From positions 16,290,148 through 16,354,147 of the forward strand of contig OZ316891.1 of assembly GCA_973895155.1 (NCBI GenBank): DNA of 64,000 nucleotides, written 5' to 3'. Every line of letters starts with the position of its first letter. Within the stretch, counting starts at the first letter, position 1. The notes beneath the pieces were generated by a model. It made no database searches, was not told the origin of the DNA, and was given only the letters and a program-made list of their open reading frames with translations. Positions 51,472-63,200 of the stretch are shown here, in pieces. The position numbers and the translations under genes are program-made. This DNA is from Marsupella aquatica. Lineage: Eukaryota > Plantae > Marchantiophyta.

Positions 51472-54400
51472 TGTGGTGCGTCCCATGGCTCCCTAAACCC
51501 AAGAAACCCCCCAGCTCAAGCCGATTCCCGCAGGTTTCGTGCTTGGCGAGGCCGTTTCCGCAGCTTAGCGGCATGGGACGCTGCTAACCTTCTACTACTA
51601 CTATTAACATTTTACACACATATACTGGACAGATCCTTCATCGGGTCATGAGATACGTAGCCGGCCTAATATAGGCCTTCCCCTGTCTTCCCCTCCGTCT
51701 TGTTAGGTATGTTTGGATTCCGCCGCCGGAATGATCCCCAATAGGCTTGGTTAAGCCGCTAAGACCTCTCTCAACTCGACACATCCAACTCTCACTCCCC
51801 TGCTTACTTTCCTTCCTTCTGTTGATGTGGGCACTCTTCACACAAGTTAATGCGACACACAAATAGCAAAATGACTCATTCTGACTGAGTCATACCATGC
51901 ACTTGCCATACAAACAGTACATCTCATACACAAGTTCTGCGAACTAAGCCGTGAGGCCAACTCTATTCAGCTCTTAGGCATGAGGAAACATGAATATACA
52001 CAAGGGTCACTGTATGACTAACCGAGAGCTTCTCGTACTACTTGATCCCAGCCCGGCTGGTGCAAACTAAAAACTTGCTAAAGAAGAGGCCCTGAGCTCC
52101 CCGCTGCCCAGGTACTTATCCTGGTAGTGGATCCGCCATTCTTTGCATCGTAAGCCTAATCTACTTAACAGTAATCTACTTGCCCGAATCTACCTATGTA
52201 CAGCAAGGCAGGAGCACAAGTGTTGCTCCTACCAGTGGGACCGCAATCCCACTAAGCTAAGTGTCAGGGCCGCTCCTGGTTCTGATCCTAATCCTAAACG
52301 TGGAGATCCGCGCCCGCCCTGCCCACTCACGCCTCCTCCCTCCACGTCCGCCCTCCCTAAAAGGAACGGCGCCCTTGCACCATCACGACACCGGTGGTGG
52401 ATCCTCAATGGACGCCCCCAACACTTCCTCCTCAGCCACTGCCGTTGGCCCGCCTACTGACAGATTACCTGCCCTTCACCGAGCCAACTCTCCATCGGCC
52501 TGACTGGGTCCACCTTCGGCTTCAGCCTCGACACCGGCCTCGGCAATACCCACGGCTTCGGCCTCAGCCACTCCCACGGCTTCGGCTTCAGCCACTCCCT
52601 CGGCTTCGGCCTCCCCTTCCCCTAGGGTAGTTGGATCCTTAGCCGTGACCCTGTCTGGGGTCGGTGCTGGGTCTACCTCCTTGATCACCACGGCCTGTGA
52701 AGTCGTATTACTCCTTGACCCTGAAGGTTTCCGCTTCTTCTTCGTTGGTGGCTCGGCAGCTGGTCCCTTCCCCTTCCCACTTACTTCCGGCACTGGTGCA
52801 GGTGGCGCGGCTTGTCCTTCGGCAATTACCACCCCTGGTAACTGGTTTGTCCCAACGGGAGATGGACCTGCTGCAGCTAAGCATTTAAATACTGCGGCTT
52901 GTTTCTTCAGCCGCTCTGTTTGGTTGTCGGCCCGCCGCTGTAGGTTCTCCATCTTCCTCGTGATTTCCTCCAACTCCTCTTGGGTTTCATCCAGGTCCTT
53001 ACGTGCCCCCTACAGCTCGTTTTTGGCCTCCTCCTGCTCCCTGTGGGCTTCCTCCAATTCCTTCTTCAAGGTAGCCCTCTCCTCCTGGGTTGCTCTTAGC
53101 TCCTTGTCGAGCTCTGCAATGATGACAGACTCCATCTGGTTCATCTTGGCGTAAGTCTATTCGAGCATCTCGTCCTTCTCCCTTAGGTCGGCCTTGAAGC
53201 TGGCCGTCAGGGACGCAAGCTCCTGCTGCAGCGCCATAATCCCTTGATAGGATTTCCCTAACTCGACCTCCTTCTGCTCAAGGGCTCCGCGGATTTTCTC
53301 GAGCTCCCCTTTCAACGCCCATTCCTTTCTTTGGGTCTCCGCCATGGCCCGGCTGTTGGCTGTTATGTGGGCCTCCTCTGTATTCTTCAGCTCTTGCTTC
53401 CACTTCTCCCTCTCTTTGATCGTGTCGGCCAACTCTTCCTGCGTCTGAGTCAGTTTATCCTTGATATTCTGATTATCAGCCTGCGCGGTGTCCAACTGCC
53501 CCTGCATGATGTTCAGCTCATGTCGTTTAATCCGCAGTTCATCTTGGGCTTTCTTGGCCGCCCTTAGATCTTCAATCTCGGCTTCCATCCTCCTAAGCCG
53601 CCAAATGACCTCGTCCTTCTTGCTTCTCTCTAAAGCCACCGCTTCTTCTAATTGGTGCTTCTCCAACTGCTCCCTATGGAAAAAGGGTCCTACCTCCAAC
53701 TCCTCTCCAAAGATGCCGTGCGCAAGTTCCCCACACATCTCACCATACTCCATGGCTCTATTCTTAGCGTAGGTGGAGTAAGTAGAAGTGATCGGCATCG
53801 CCCATCGTGGCCTCTGCTCCCAAGCCGTCCTGCGGATCTCTTCAATCGTGGCTAGAGGTTTGCTTCCTTTTTCGGCTAGCCGCCTGATGTCCTCCGGCCA
53901 ATCTCCTCCTGGTAAATCCTTTTCCTTAGCCAAGGCGGCCTCTTCCTCCTGCTTGATTCGCTCCTGAAATTCCTGCACCATCTGTTTTATGCCGTCGAAG
54001 CTCGGGGGAGCAACATCTGGTGGGGGAGACTCAGGGCTACTCTGCTGGTTGGGGTCCCCTCGCACTACCCTTGGAAGTGTGGGGACAAACCGGCCACAGG
54101 TCCTTACTCCTGGAACGTGATGGTCCGACCCATAGCCGGAATTATCATGGCTGCAGTCCTCCACTGCCTCCTCTACCTCTTGGACGTCCGGCTTCTCCCT
54201 CTCCTCTTCCTCGGTAGGAGCTTCAGGCAATTCTGCCTCAGATTCGGAGCTTGAGGTTCCCACGTACATTCGAACACCTGGCTTGGATTCCGGCCTGATT
54301 CTCTTCTTGTCTCCAGCAAAGGGGTTTTCTCTTGTGAGCCGGTGTAGGCCTACCTCTGTAGTAGTGTCCTGCATTGTTGCCGTTGCCGTTGTTGTTGCCG

Positions 54401-56121
54401 ATGCCGATTTCTTTTCTTTCTCCAGTAGTTTCAGCAGACTCTGCATGCCTGGTTGCTGCATCGGCAAGTCTTCCTTCCTGGGCCTAAACACCTGCTCGAT
54501 CGTAGGACTAACAGGTGGTTGAGGCTTCTCAGCCAACGGCCTCGGCGTTGGAGCTTCCTCCGGTGCCCTTACCTGCAGGGGAAGTACCGGGGCAAAAGTC
54601 TGACTTCTGGCATACCGGCACAACAGCGGCATGTGATAGCCAAGCCGCGACACGCTCCCCATGCCGATTACCTGCTGCTCCTCCTTTAAGATCTTCTTCA
54701 ATTGGTTGAGGAGGTACCCGTTGTAGTCCCGGCTTGGGTCTGGCCTTTCTGCCAGATAGACCTGTGCCTTGCCGATCTCTGCCCTCGGCAAGTTACAATG
54801 CATGGTCACCCGCAAGAAGTCGATCATCTCTCCTATGTGCGGGTTGGTGCAGGTGTTCCGGAAGAAGCCATTCTTCGTTGATGGCCCGGGGAACGACCGG
54901 AACTCCTTGTCAGGCAAGGTCTTCCTGGTATCAACTTTGGTCTTATTGCCTATCGGCAAGCCAAACACTTCGGCAATTACCTTGGGAGTAAGATAGAAAT
55001 CCTTCCCATATATCCTCGTGCAATTGGTCTCGGGTTCCCATGACCCCACGAATTCTAATAGGTCTGACTCCGGTACCTCCGGCTTCAGCCATGGTAATCT
55101 TACAAAGGCCTCCAAGCCGGATCCGGCCATGAAGCCTTGGTACTTCTTGGTCTGCATGGCCGTAAAGCATGCATCCTCCTCCCGTGCAAAATGTAGTTGC
55201 ACCTCCACCGGTAGGGTTGCCGCCCAGCCCTTCCAGGTGTCATCCCTGGTTGGAATGGCCTTGATGGGATCGACCTCCTCCTCTTCGGCTTCTCCCTGCC
55301 TCCTGCTCTGCTGCTCGGCTGGCTTCTTTGGTGCCGCCGACCTCGTTCTTTTTGCCGGGGTGGCTTCATCGTTGACGGCTCCCTTCCTCTTCATCTCTGC
55401 TGCCGTGGAGGTTTCTCCTAGCACCGTTGCCTGGGTCCACCTTTCCGTGCTACCCTTTAATTCCCAGTGTATGTCGTTGCAGTTCTTGATGGCCTCTCGG
55501 ATGCCGACGACGCTGTCTTTGCAAAACAGAAGATCGTCGAGTTGATTGGAAGTAGGCGTCCACAGGAACTCGTCCTTGATGAGTTCGCCTCCTAAGAAAG
55601 CCGTCTTCTGCAGCTCCCACAATCGAGCGAGCTCCTGCCGTTCTCGAGCTGCCCTTTCTGACTCCTCGTCCTCGTAAGTCTTGATGTACTCAGTTGCCCG
55701 TTCGAACAGGCATCCCCAGAAATGTGCCGCTTGATTGACGTTGCTCATACCCTCCTTAGGTCGATCGTCGGTATCTATTCTCTCCCCGAGTGCTTGCCTA
55801 AGCAGCTGACAGTAGTTGGCCTCCCGTAGTCGTCTGCCTAGTTCGTGCTCGCAAATGAGCCACCATCTCCTGCAAGCGCTCCTTACCCCTCTCCTCTGCC
55901 GGTCCTTCTTCCCGTTGATCCTTCCTAGCCGCCGACGCTTAACGCGCCCTAACCCTAATCGGGTTTTCACCCTTAGCCTTACCTCCGGCCTCGGCCCGGG
56001 TTCCATGGTTGCCCCTAATTGTTTATATTTTCCTTGTTTTGTCACTATACTAAGGTGTTCCTAGGGTGCCTTCCTGCTTTACCCACTTAACCGGTCGAGT
56101 GATTCCTGTCTAGGCATCACA
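51472..56121 (-). repeat. 5' LTR (4650 bp)
   Basis: Direct repeat of 40604-45263; followed by the PBS. Confidence 0.97.
52476..56045 (-). pseudogene. LTR-encoded ~1180-aa protein, 5' LTR copy; stops at 53157 and ~53010
   Basis: Same 3570-nt frame as 41618-45187. First ATG at 56006. Both stops are sense codons in the other LTR. Confidence 0.85.
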
Positions 56122-57300
56122 CAACTGGTTTTGCATTCTCCATCCCATACTTGGCAAGTACCTTCTCCTTGAAATACTACCTCTAAGATAACCATAATTG
56201 CCTTTGCTCATTGTCACGGTGAATCTCTATCCCTAGAATCTTCTTGGCCTGACCCAAGTCCTTCATTGAAAACTCCTTACTCAACATTGCTTTCAGATGA
56301 GCAACATCAACCATACTCTCAGCCAGGATTAGCATGTCATCCATGTACAGTACTAAAGTTTGAGTAATTTTCCACCTCATTATGTAAATACAACAATCAT
56401 GTTTACTCCGCGTGAACCCCTAAGACAACATGCAGAAATCAAAATGCTTATTCCACTGTCTAGGACTCTACTTCAAACCGTATAATGAGCGCAAGAGCTG
56501 ACACACCAAGTGTTTGGTCTTCTCGTCAATAATCCTAGAGGCTAAGTCATATAAATCACCACATCAAGCAATCCATGCAAGAAAGCAGTAATTACATCCA
56601 TCTGACCTAACTCAAGATCATAGAGTGTCACAATTGCAAGTAAAACACAGATAATAGTGAGCTTGACAACTGGTGTACCCTTTGGCCACAAGGCATGCCT
56701 GGCTTGTAAGTGTCATTTGGCTTCTTCTTGTACAACCATCTACATGGAACCAGTGTCTTCCCGCGAGGCATGTCCACTAAGCGCCAAGTTGAATTCTTCT
56801 TCAAAGATTTTATCTCCTTCAACGTTGTCTGCATCCACTTATCCTTCTCTAGAGAGGCCATAGCTTCTTCATAGCTAGAGGGGTCTCCATCCTCAGTGAG
56901 CAATATAATACCGAGATCATTGTTGTGCTCAACCAAGTGAACCCGAGGATCTGCAAAACCAAATCTATCAGGGGGTTGGCCAAGATTGGCCCTTGTAGAG
57001 CACCTTAATTGAGTAACTGCACCTCTACCAAAGGGTCTAGTAGCTTCCTCAACACCATCAAGCTCCATCGTAGTGGGTTACTCCACCTGCTCCTCTTGAT
57101 TATCCTGGGATCTTGACAACCATTCTTTGTCAAAAATAATATTTCTACTCACAATTGCCTTGCAATCAATAGGATCCCATAACTCATAGCCCTTCTGCCT
57201 TGGACTAAAGTCTAGAATAATACATTTCTTACACTTGGGATCCAACTTAGACCTGTGTGTCTGCTCAATGTGAACATAGGCAACACACCCAAAAACAAGG
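56122..57300 (-). mobile_element. Ty1/Copia remnant (integrase C-terminus and RT), target of the Gypsy insertion
   Basis: FGCVAYVH, KLDPK, YMDDML, FSMKDLGQAKKILGIEI; the frame continues across the TSD as ENAKPVGTPLGSNF (to ~40576). Confidence 0.85.
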
Positions 57301-57659
57301 TTGTTAAGTAACCCTATCAATAATTAGCCACTGATAGCAGTTGGTCTCAACAACCTCGTTGAACGTGTACATGGTTTCGGAGGCCTTGCTAAAAGTTTGA
57401 ACATGATATCAGTCACTCATATAAGCGACCCGTATCAGTTTAGGGCGGCAACCGCGCCAAAATGTAGAGTAGGGTTTAGAGAGAGAATAAATATTCTTCC
57501 CTTTAATAACCTGAATTTGTTCACGTTAAGAGCTTGTGAGACCTAAAAGATTGTTCTAATACACTTTGAGATATTTAAGTTAACATATCTCAGATTTCAA
57601 GTCTTCATTGACATGCTTAGCTCTGGTGGATGGGAATTTTTAATACATCCTCAGGTATC

Positions 57660-57984
57660 GTGATTGGGGGCAGAAGTTGCAAAGGAAGAAATTTGATTGG
57701 ACCGGTTGGTCACTAAGATGGGATTGACACATGATGTGACAAATCTCAACTATGACAGCCAAAGTGCCTTACATCTAGCTATGAATTGGGTGATGAATAG
57801 TAGAGTAAAACACATCGACATCAGGTACCATTTTATCAAACAAGCAATGTCTGATAAGTTGATTGAGCTAGTCAAGATTGATGCTAAACTCAATCCAATT
57901 GATGCATTTACCAAAGTACTTCCATTGGAGAGTTTCTCAAGACATCATGCGATATTGCTAGTTTTTGCTTTGGAGGACAAGTAG
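57660..57984 (+). mobile_element. Ty1/Copia RNase H fragment
   Basis: DSQSALHLA...RVKHIDIRYHFI...DAFTK. Confidence 0.8.
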
Positions 57985-57994
57985 ATTGACCTAG

Positions 57995-57996
<2 letters not shown>

Positions 57997-58028
<32 letters not shown>

Positions 58029-60295
58029 TATAAATTTTGAAATTTGTTCCGCATGAACCCCACGGATGGGGGAAACAGGCAGGCCAAAATGCGGCAGACC
58101 ATCAAGGGCAGAAAAAAACACACACATCAAAGCGGTAGCATAATCCATAAGAGAGCAAGTCTGAATGTAACTAGGGATCAGACAGGGGATCCCAAGTGTC
58201 AATCCAAGTCAAAAGGAGTATTCCTAGGGATCAGAGTAATCCCAGTCTTAGGAGAACCTGAGGCAAAGTCTAAGTAGAAGCAAGATTGCCCAGTCTAGCT
58301 ACACCAAAGTGTCAACCTGTCAAAGGCAAAAAGGCAATGGAGTAGCCATGCTTCAATGAGTTGTAGTACTTTGAGTATCCCGACCTAAAATCCTAAGTTG
58401 CTCTACTTCAAGGAGAGATCTAGCCTTGGTAAGGCGTACATGCTTGTTGCTCAGGGGCGAAGCTAAAGCAACAGCATTCAGATGGTCAATAGTTTCAGAG
58501 AAAACCTGCCATGTATCAAAAGTCCTCAGTCTAGTTCTATCAAAAGTGTGCCCATTCCTAGCTAACCAGATAGACCATAAAGTCTGGAATAGAAGAAAGG
58601 TACGTAGTGTAGTCCGAGGGGCCTTCCCAGACGTGGAAGGAGTAAGCCCACAATGCTCATCCTGCCAATCACTAAAATTCCATGTATCCAGTCGCTAGTA
58701 GTGACCCAACAATGGATGGCATGCCTGCATAAAAGAAATATGTGCGGGATGGTCTCAACTATTCCCGTGCAAAGCGTACAGCAGCCATCAGATTTACCAA
58801 TTCGTAGCGCCCGTGATCCCGAGAAGAGGCCCTCCGCCAGGATCCTCCACAGAAAGGTTTTGGCTTTCGTGGAGAGATCAGCAGTCCAAACCACTTTCCA
58901 GACATAGTTCCACTCAAGCTCCGTCAGAGTCTCATGCCAAATTTGATTAAGTCTAATAAAGTTAGAGCCCTTCGGGCGGAGCATCTCGTATACCCTACTG
59001 TTAGGTATACTGAAGCGCAGGGGCACCGCCTCCTTATCAAGCCAACGCCATTGCCGAGCCACAGAGTCAAAGGCACTGCCCCGGTGTCCAGATCGAAGAA
59101 CAACATTGAGGAAGGCGAGGCCCCAGCTCTTCTCAGCACCAGAGAAGCCTCTAAATCTAAGAAGTCTATCTTCAAAGTTCCTCCAAACCCCATCCATAGG
59201 GGACCATAAATCACCAACAACTCTGACTCCTAACCTGCCACATATCTTGACAATTATGGCGAGTAGGTCTGTCTCAGCGAGATTGTAGAAGCCTATCAAA
59301 CAACGGAGCAAGTCTTCAATACCCCAATGGCCTGGAATAGCAATCTCCCCAGGAAAGAAAAGCAAATTAGCTCTTACCTCCATCCAAGAAGTCCAGATCT
59401 GACCAATGTAAATTAGTTGACCAAACGAACCGGGAGTACTGAGCAGCATCTTATCTGACATAGAATATTTGTTCCTGCGGACTGTCTTATAGTTCCTCCA
59501 TTAACTAAGTGTAGATTCTCAGCAAACAATCGGGCCCACTCAGAATACGGATGATCCAATGCACCAGTGAACCACTTACTGAGAAGAGCATTCGAATGAC
59601 TTTTGAAATCCTTCAGACCAAGCCCCCCATCAGCTTTTGGTCGGGATAATTTATCCCATGCAACCAGCGGAATACGCTTCCCTCCCTGGTCATTGGTACC
59701 CCATAAAAACAGTCTACTCAATGCTGTCAGTTTCTTGGTTAACAAATTAGGCGATCGCAAAAACATCATATGATACACGGGAATGGCCTGAAGTACATGT
59801 TTGACCAACAGTAATCTACCAGTGAAAGAGAGGAACCGCGTCGACCAGGATGAGAGTCTGGCTCCAATACGGTCTAGACAGAAGTTGTGAAGTTGACTCT
59901 CAGTCAATCCAGTGCCGAAGGGGGCTCCCAAGTATTTCTACACCGAGCCTGGTTCAGAGATCACACATCCAGTGGCGCGAAGCCAATCCGGGATCCCATC
60001 TAAAGCAATGGGTATAACAATTGACTTCCTTAGATTTAGCTTTGCTCCTGTAGCCGTCTCGTAGCAATGAATGGCAGTTCTAGCCTATTTGAAAGCCACT
60101 TCTGCGGCTAGGATGAATAAACCCAGGTCATCGGCAAAGAGACAAAAACAAATATTTAGGAATTCAGAGATCTGTATGCCTTGCAGTCTCCCAGCAGCAA
60201 TCTCCGCATTGAAAAAATCCATAAGCGGTTGTGTGGAAATAGCAAAAAGTAAAGGCGACACGGGGCAGCCCTATCTAACTCCATGAAGCATCTGT
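57997..60295 (-). mobile_element. L1-type LINE 3' half, same family as 9694-17098, ending in an (AAT)n tract
   Basis: GVR*GCPVSPLL, FADD, LGAPFG, RIGKSDGCC, shared 3' hairpin. Confidence 0.88.
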
Positions 60296-63200
60296 ACTGC
60301 CATTGGTCCGTCCTCTGATAGATTACCTGCCTCTGACCGAGTTAACTTTTCATCGGCCTGACTGGGTCCACCCTCGGATTCGGCCTCGGCTCGGAAATCA
60401 TTCTCGGCTACGGCCTCAGCCTCGGCTACGGCCTCCCCGGCCTGCTCAAGAGGTGGATCTGGGATACCGGCCTCATTACTGAGTAGTTTGGCTTGGGCCG
60501 CGCCATCCCCACCTTTGGTGATAGCGGAATCTATTGCTGTGTTCATGCCGGAGGTTGGTACCGGTTTGAGTACGGCTTGAGGGGTCGAATAACCTCCGGA
60601 CCCCGAAGGTTTCCGCTTCTTCTTCTTCACTATCTCCATAGCCGGTTCCTTCCCCTTGCCGCCAACGTCCGGCACCGGGCCGTGTGTCACGGCTGGTCCT
60701 TCGGCAATTACCACCCCAGGTAACTGGTTTGCCCCAACGGGAGATGGACCTGATGCAGCTAAGCATTTAAATACTGTGGCTTGTTTCTTCAGCCGCTCTG
60801 TTTGGTTGTCGGCCCGCCGCTGTAGGTTCTTCATCTTCCTCGTGATTTCCTCCAACTCCTCCTGGGTCTCATCCAGGTCCTTACGTGCCTCCTCCAGCTT
60901 GTTTTTGGCTTCCTCCAATTCCCTGTGGGCTTCCTCCAATTCCTTCTTGGTGGTAGCCCTCTCCTCCTGGGTTGCTCTTAGCTCCTTGTCGAGCTTTGCT
61001 ACGACCTCCGACTCCATGTTATTCATCTTGGCATAAGTCTGGTCGAGCTGGGCGTCCTTCTCCCTTAGGTCGGCCTTGAAGCTGGCCGTCAGGGATGCAA
61101 GCTCCTGCTGTAGCGCAACAATCCCTTGATAGGATTTCCCTAACTCGGCCTCCTTCTACTCAAGGGCTCTGCGGATGACCTCGAGCTCTTCCTTCAGCGC
61201 CCTCTCCCTTCTCTGAGCCTCCGCCATGACCCGTTTGTTGACTGCTATATGGGCCTCCTCTGCGTCTCTCAGCTCCTTCTTCCATTTCTCCCTGTCCTTG
61301 ATTGCGTCGGCCAATTGTCCCTGTGTCTGAGTCAGTTTATCCTTGATAATCTGATTATCAGCCTACGCGGTGTCCAACTGCCCCTGCATGATGTTCAGCT
61401 CATGCCGCTTAATCCGCAGTTCATCTTGGGCTTTCTTGGCCGCCCTTAGATCTTCAATCTCGGCTTCCATCCTCCTAAGCCGCCGGATGACCTCGTCCTT
61501 CTTGCTTCTCTCTAAAGCCACCGCTTCTTCTAATTGGTGCTTCTCCAACTGTTCCATATGGAAAAAGGGTCCTACCTCCAACTCCTCCCCAAAGATGTCG
61601 AGCGCAAGTTCCCCACATATCTCACCATACTCCATGGCTCTATTCTTAGCGTAGGTGGAGTAAGTAGAAGTGATCGGCATCGCCCATCGCGGCCTCTGCT
61701 CCCAAGCCGTCTTGCGGATCTCTTCAATCGTGGCTAGAGGTTTGCTTCCTTTTTCGGCTGGCCGCCTGATGTCCTCCGGCCAATCTCCTCCTGGAAAATC
61801 CTTTTCCCTAGCCAGGGCTGCCTTCTCTGCTTCCCTAAGTCGCTCCTGAAATTCCTGTGCCGTCTGCTTTATGCCGTCAAAGCTCGGGGGAGCGACATCA
61901 GGTGGGGGAGACTCGGGGCTGCTCTGCTGGCTTGGGTCTCCTCAAACTACTCTTGGGAGCGTGGGGATGAACCGGCCACAAGTCCTTACTCCTGGAACAT
62001 GATGATCCGACCCATAGCCGGAGTCATCATTGCTGTAGTCCTCTACCGCCTCCTCCTCAGCTTGGACTACCGGCTTCTCCCGCTGTTCTCCTGGTTCTGT
62101 TGTTAACACGGCTTCACCTCTCACCGGTCTTGGTTCCTCCTCCGGCTTCCGTGTTGATCTCTTGTTCTCCTTGTCGTGGCCGGGAGCTACGGCCTGCTTC
62201 TCCTCGGCTTCGGGACTTAAGGCTCCGACATACATCCGGACTCCCGGCTCGTGTTCCGGCCTCCTTCTCTCCTTGACCCCAGTAAAGGGGTTTTCCCTTG
62301 TAAGCCGGCTTAGGCCCACCTCTGGAGCAGTGTCCTGCATTGGTGTCGTTGTCATTGTCGTTGCCATTGCCGTTCTCTTTTCCTTCTCCAGTAATTTCAG
62401 CAGATTCTGCATGCCTGGTTGCTGCATTGGCAAGTCCTCCGTCCTTGGCCTAAACACCTGCTCAATTGTAGGACTGTCGGGCGGGTTGGGTTTCTCCGTT
62501 GTCGGCGCCTGCTCCGGGTCCTCCTCCGGTGCTCTTGCCGATAGGGGAAGTACTGGGGCAAAGATTTGACTTCTGGCATACCGGCACAACAGCGGCATGT
62601 GATAGCCAAGCCGGGACACGCTTCCCACGCCGATCACCTGCTGTTCCTCCTTCAAGATCTTCTTTAGTTGGTTGAGGAGGTACCCATTGTAATCCCGGCT
62701 TGGGTCTGGCCTTTCTGCCAGGTAGACCTGAGCCTTGCCGATCTCTGCCCTCGGTAAGTTACAATGCATGGTCACCCGCAAGAAGTCGATCATCTCTCCT
62801 ATGTGCGGGTTGGTGCAGGTGTTCCGGAAGAAGCCATTCTTCGTTGATGGCCCGGGGAACGACCGGAACTCCTTGTCAGGCAAGGTCTTCCTGGTATCAA
62901 CTTTGGTCTTATTGCTTATCGGCAAGCCAAACACTTCGGCAATCACCTTGGGAGTAAGATAGAAATCCTTCCCATATATCCTCGTGGAATTGGTCTCGGG
63001 TTCCCATGACCCCACGAATTCTAATAGGTCTGAATCCAGCACCTCCGGCTTCAGCCATGGTAATCTTACAAAGGCCTCTAAGCCGGATCCGGCCATGAAG
63101 CCTTGGTACTTCTTGGTCTGCATGGCCGTAAAGCATGCATCCTCCTCCCGTGCAAAATGTAGTTGCACCTCCTCTGGTAGGGTTGCCGCCCAGCCTTTCC

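Larger units (their letters stand above)
40604..56121 (-). mobile_element. Complete Ty3/Gypsy LTR retrotransposon (non-chromovirus, Athila/Phygy-like RT) with giant ORF-containing LTRs
   Basis: Perfect TSD CAACT (40599-40603 and 56122-56126), TG...CA LTRs, PBS, PPT, and gag-PR-RT-RH-IN order. Confidence 0.97.

Noticed and set aside
40604-56121. Tandem segmental duplication or two separate elements instead of giant LTRs
   Set aside because: Repeat ends coincide exactly with TG/CA, PBS, PPT and a perfect 5-bp TSD.
60271-61026. ORF with a novel C-terminus
   Set aside because: Chimeric: the last codons (QMLHGVR*) are LINE RT sequence joined by a deletion near 60296.
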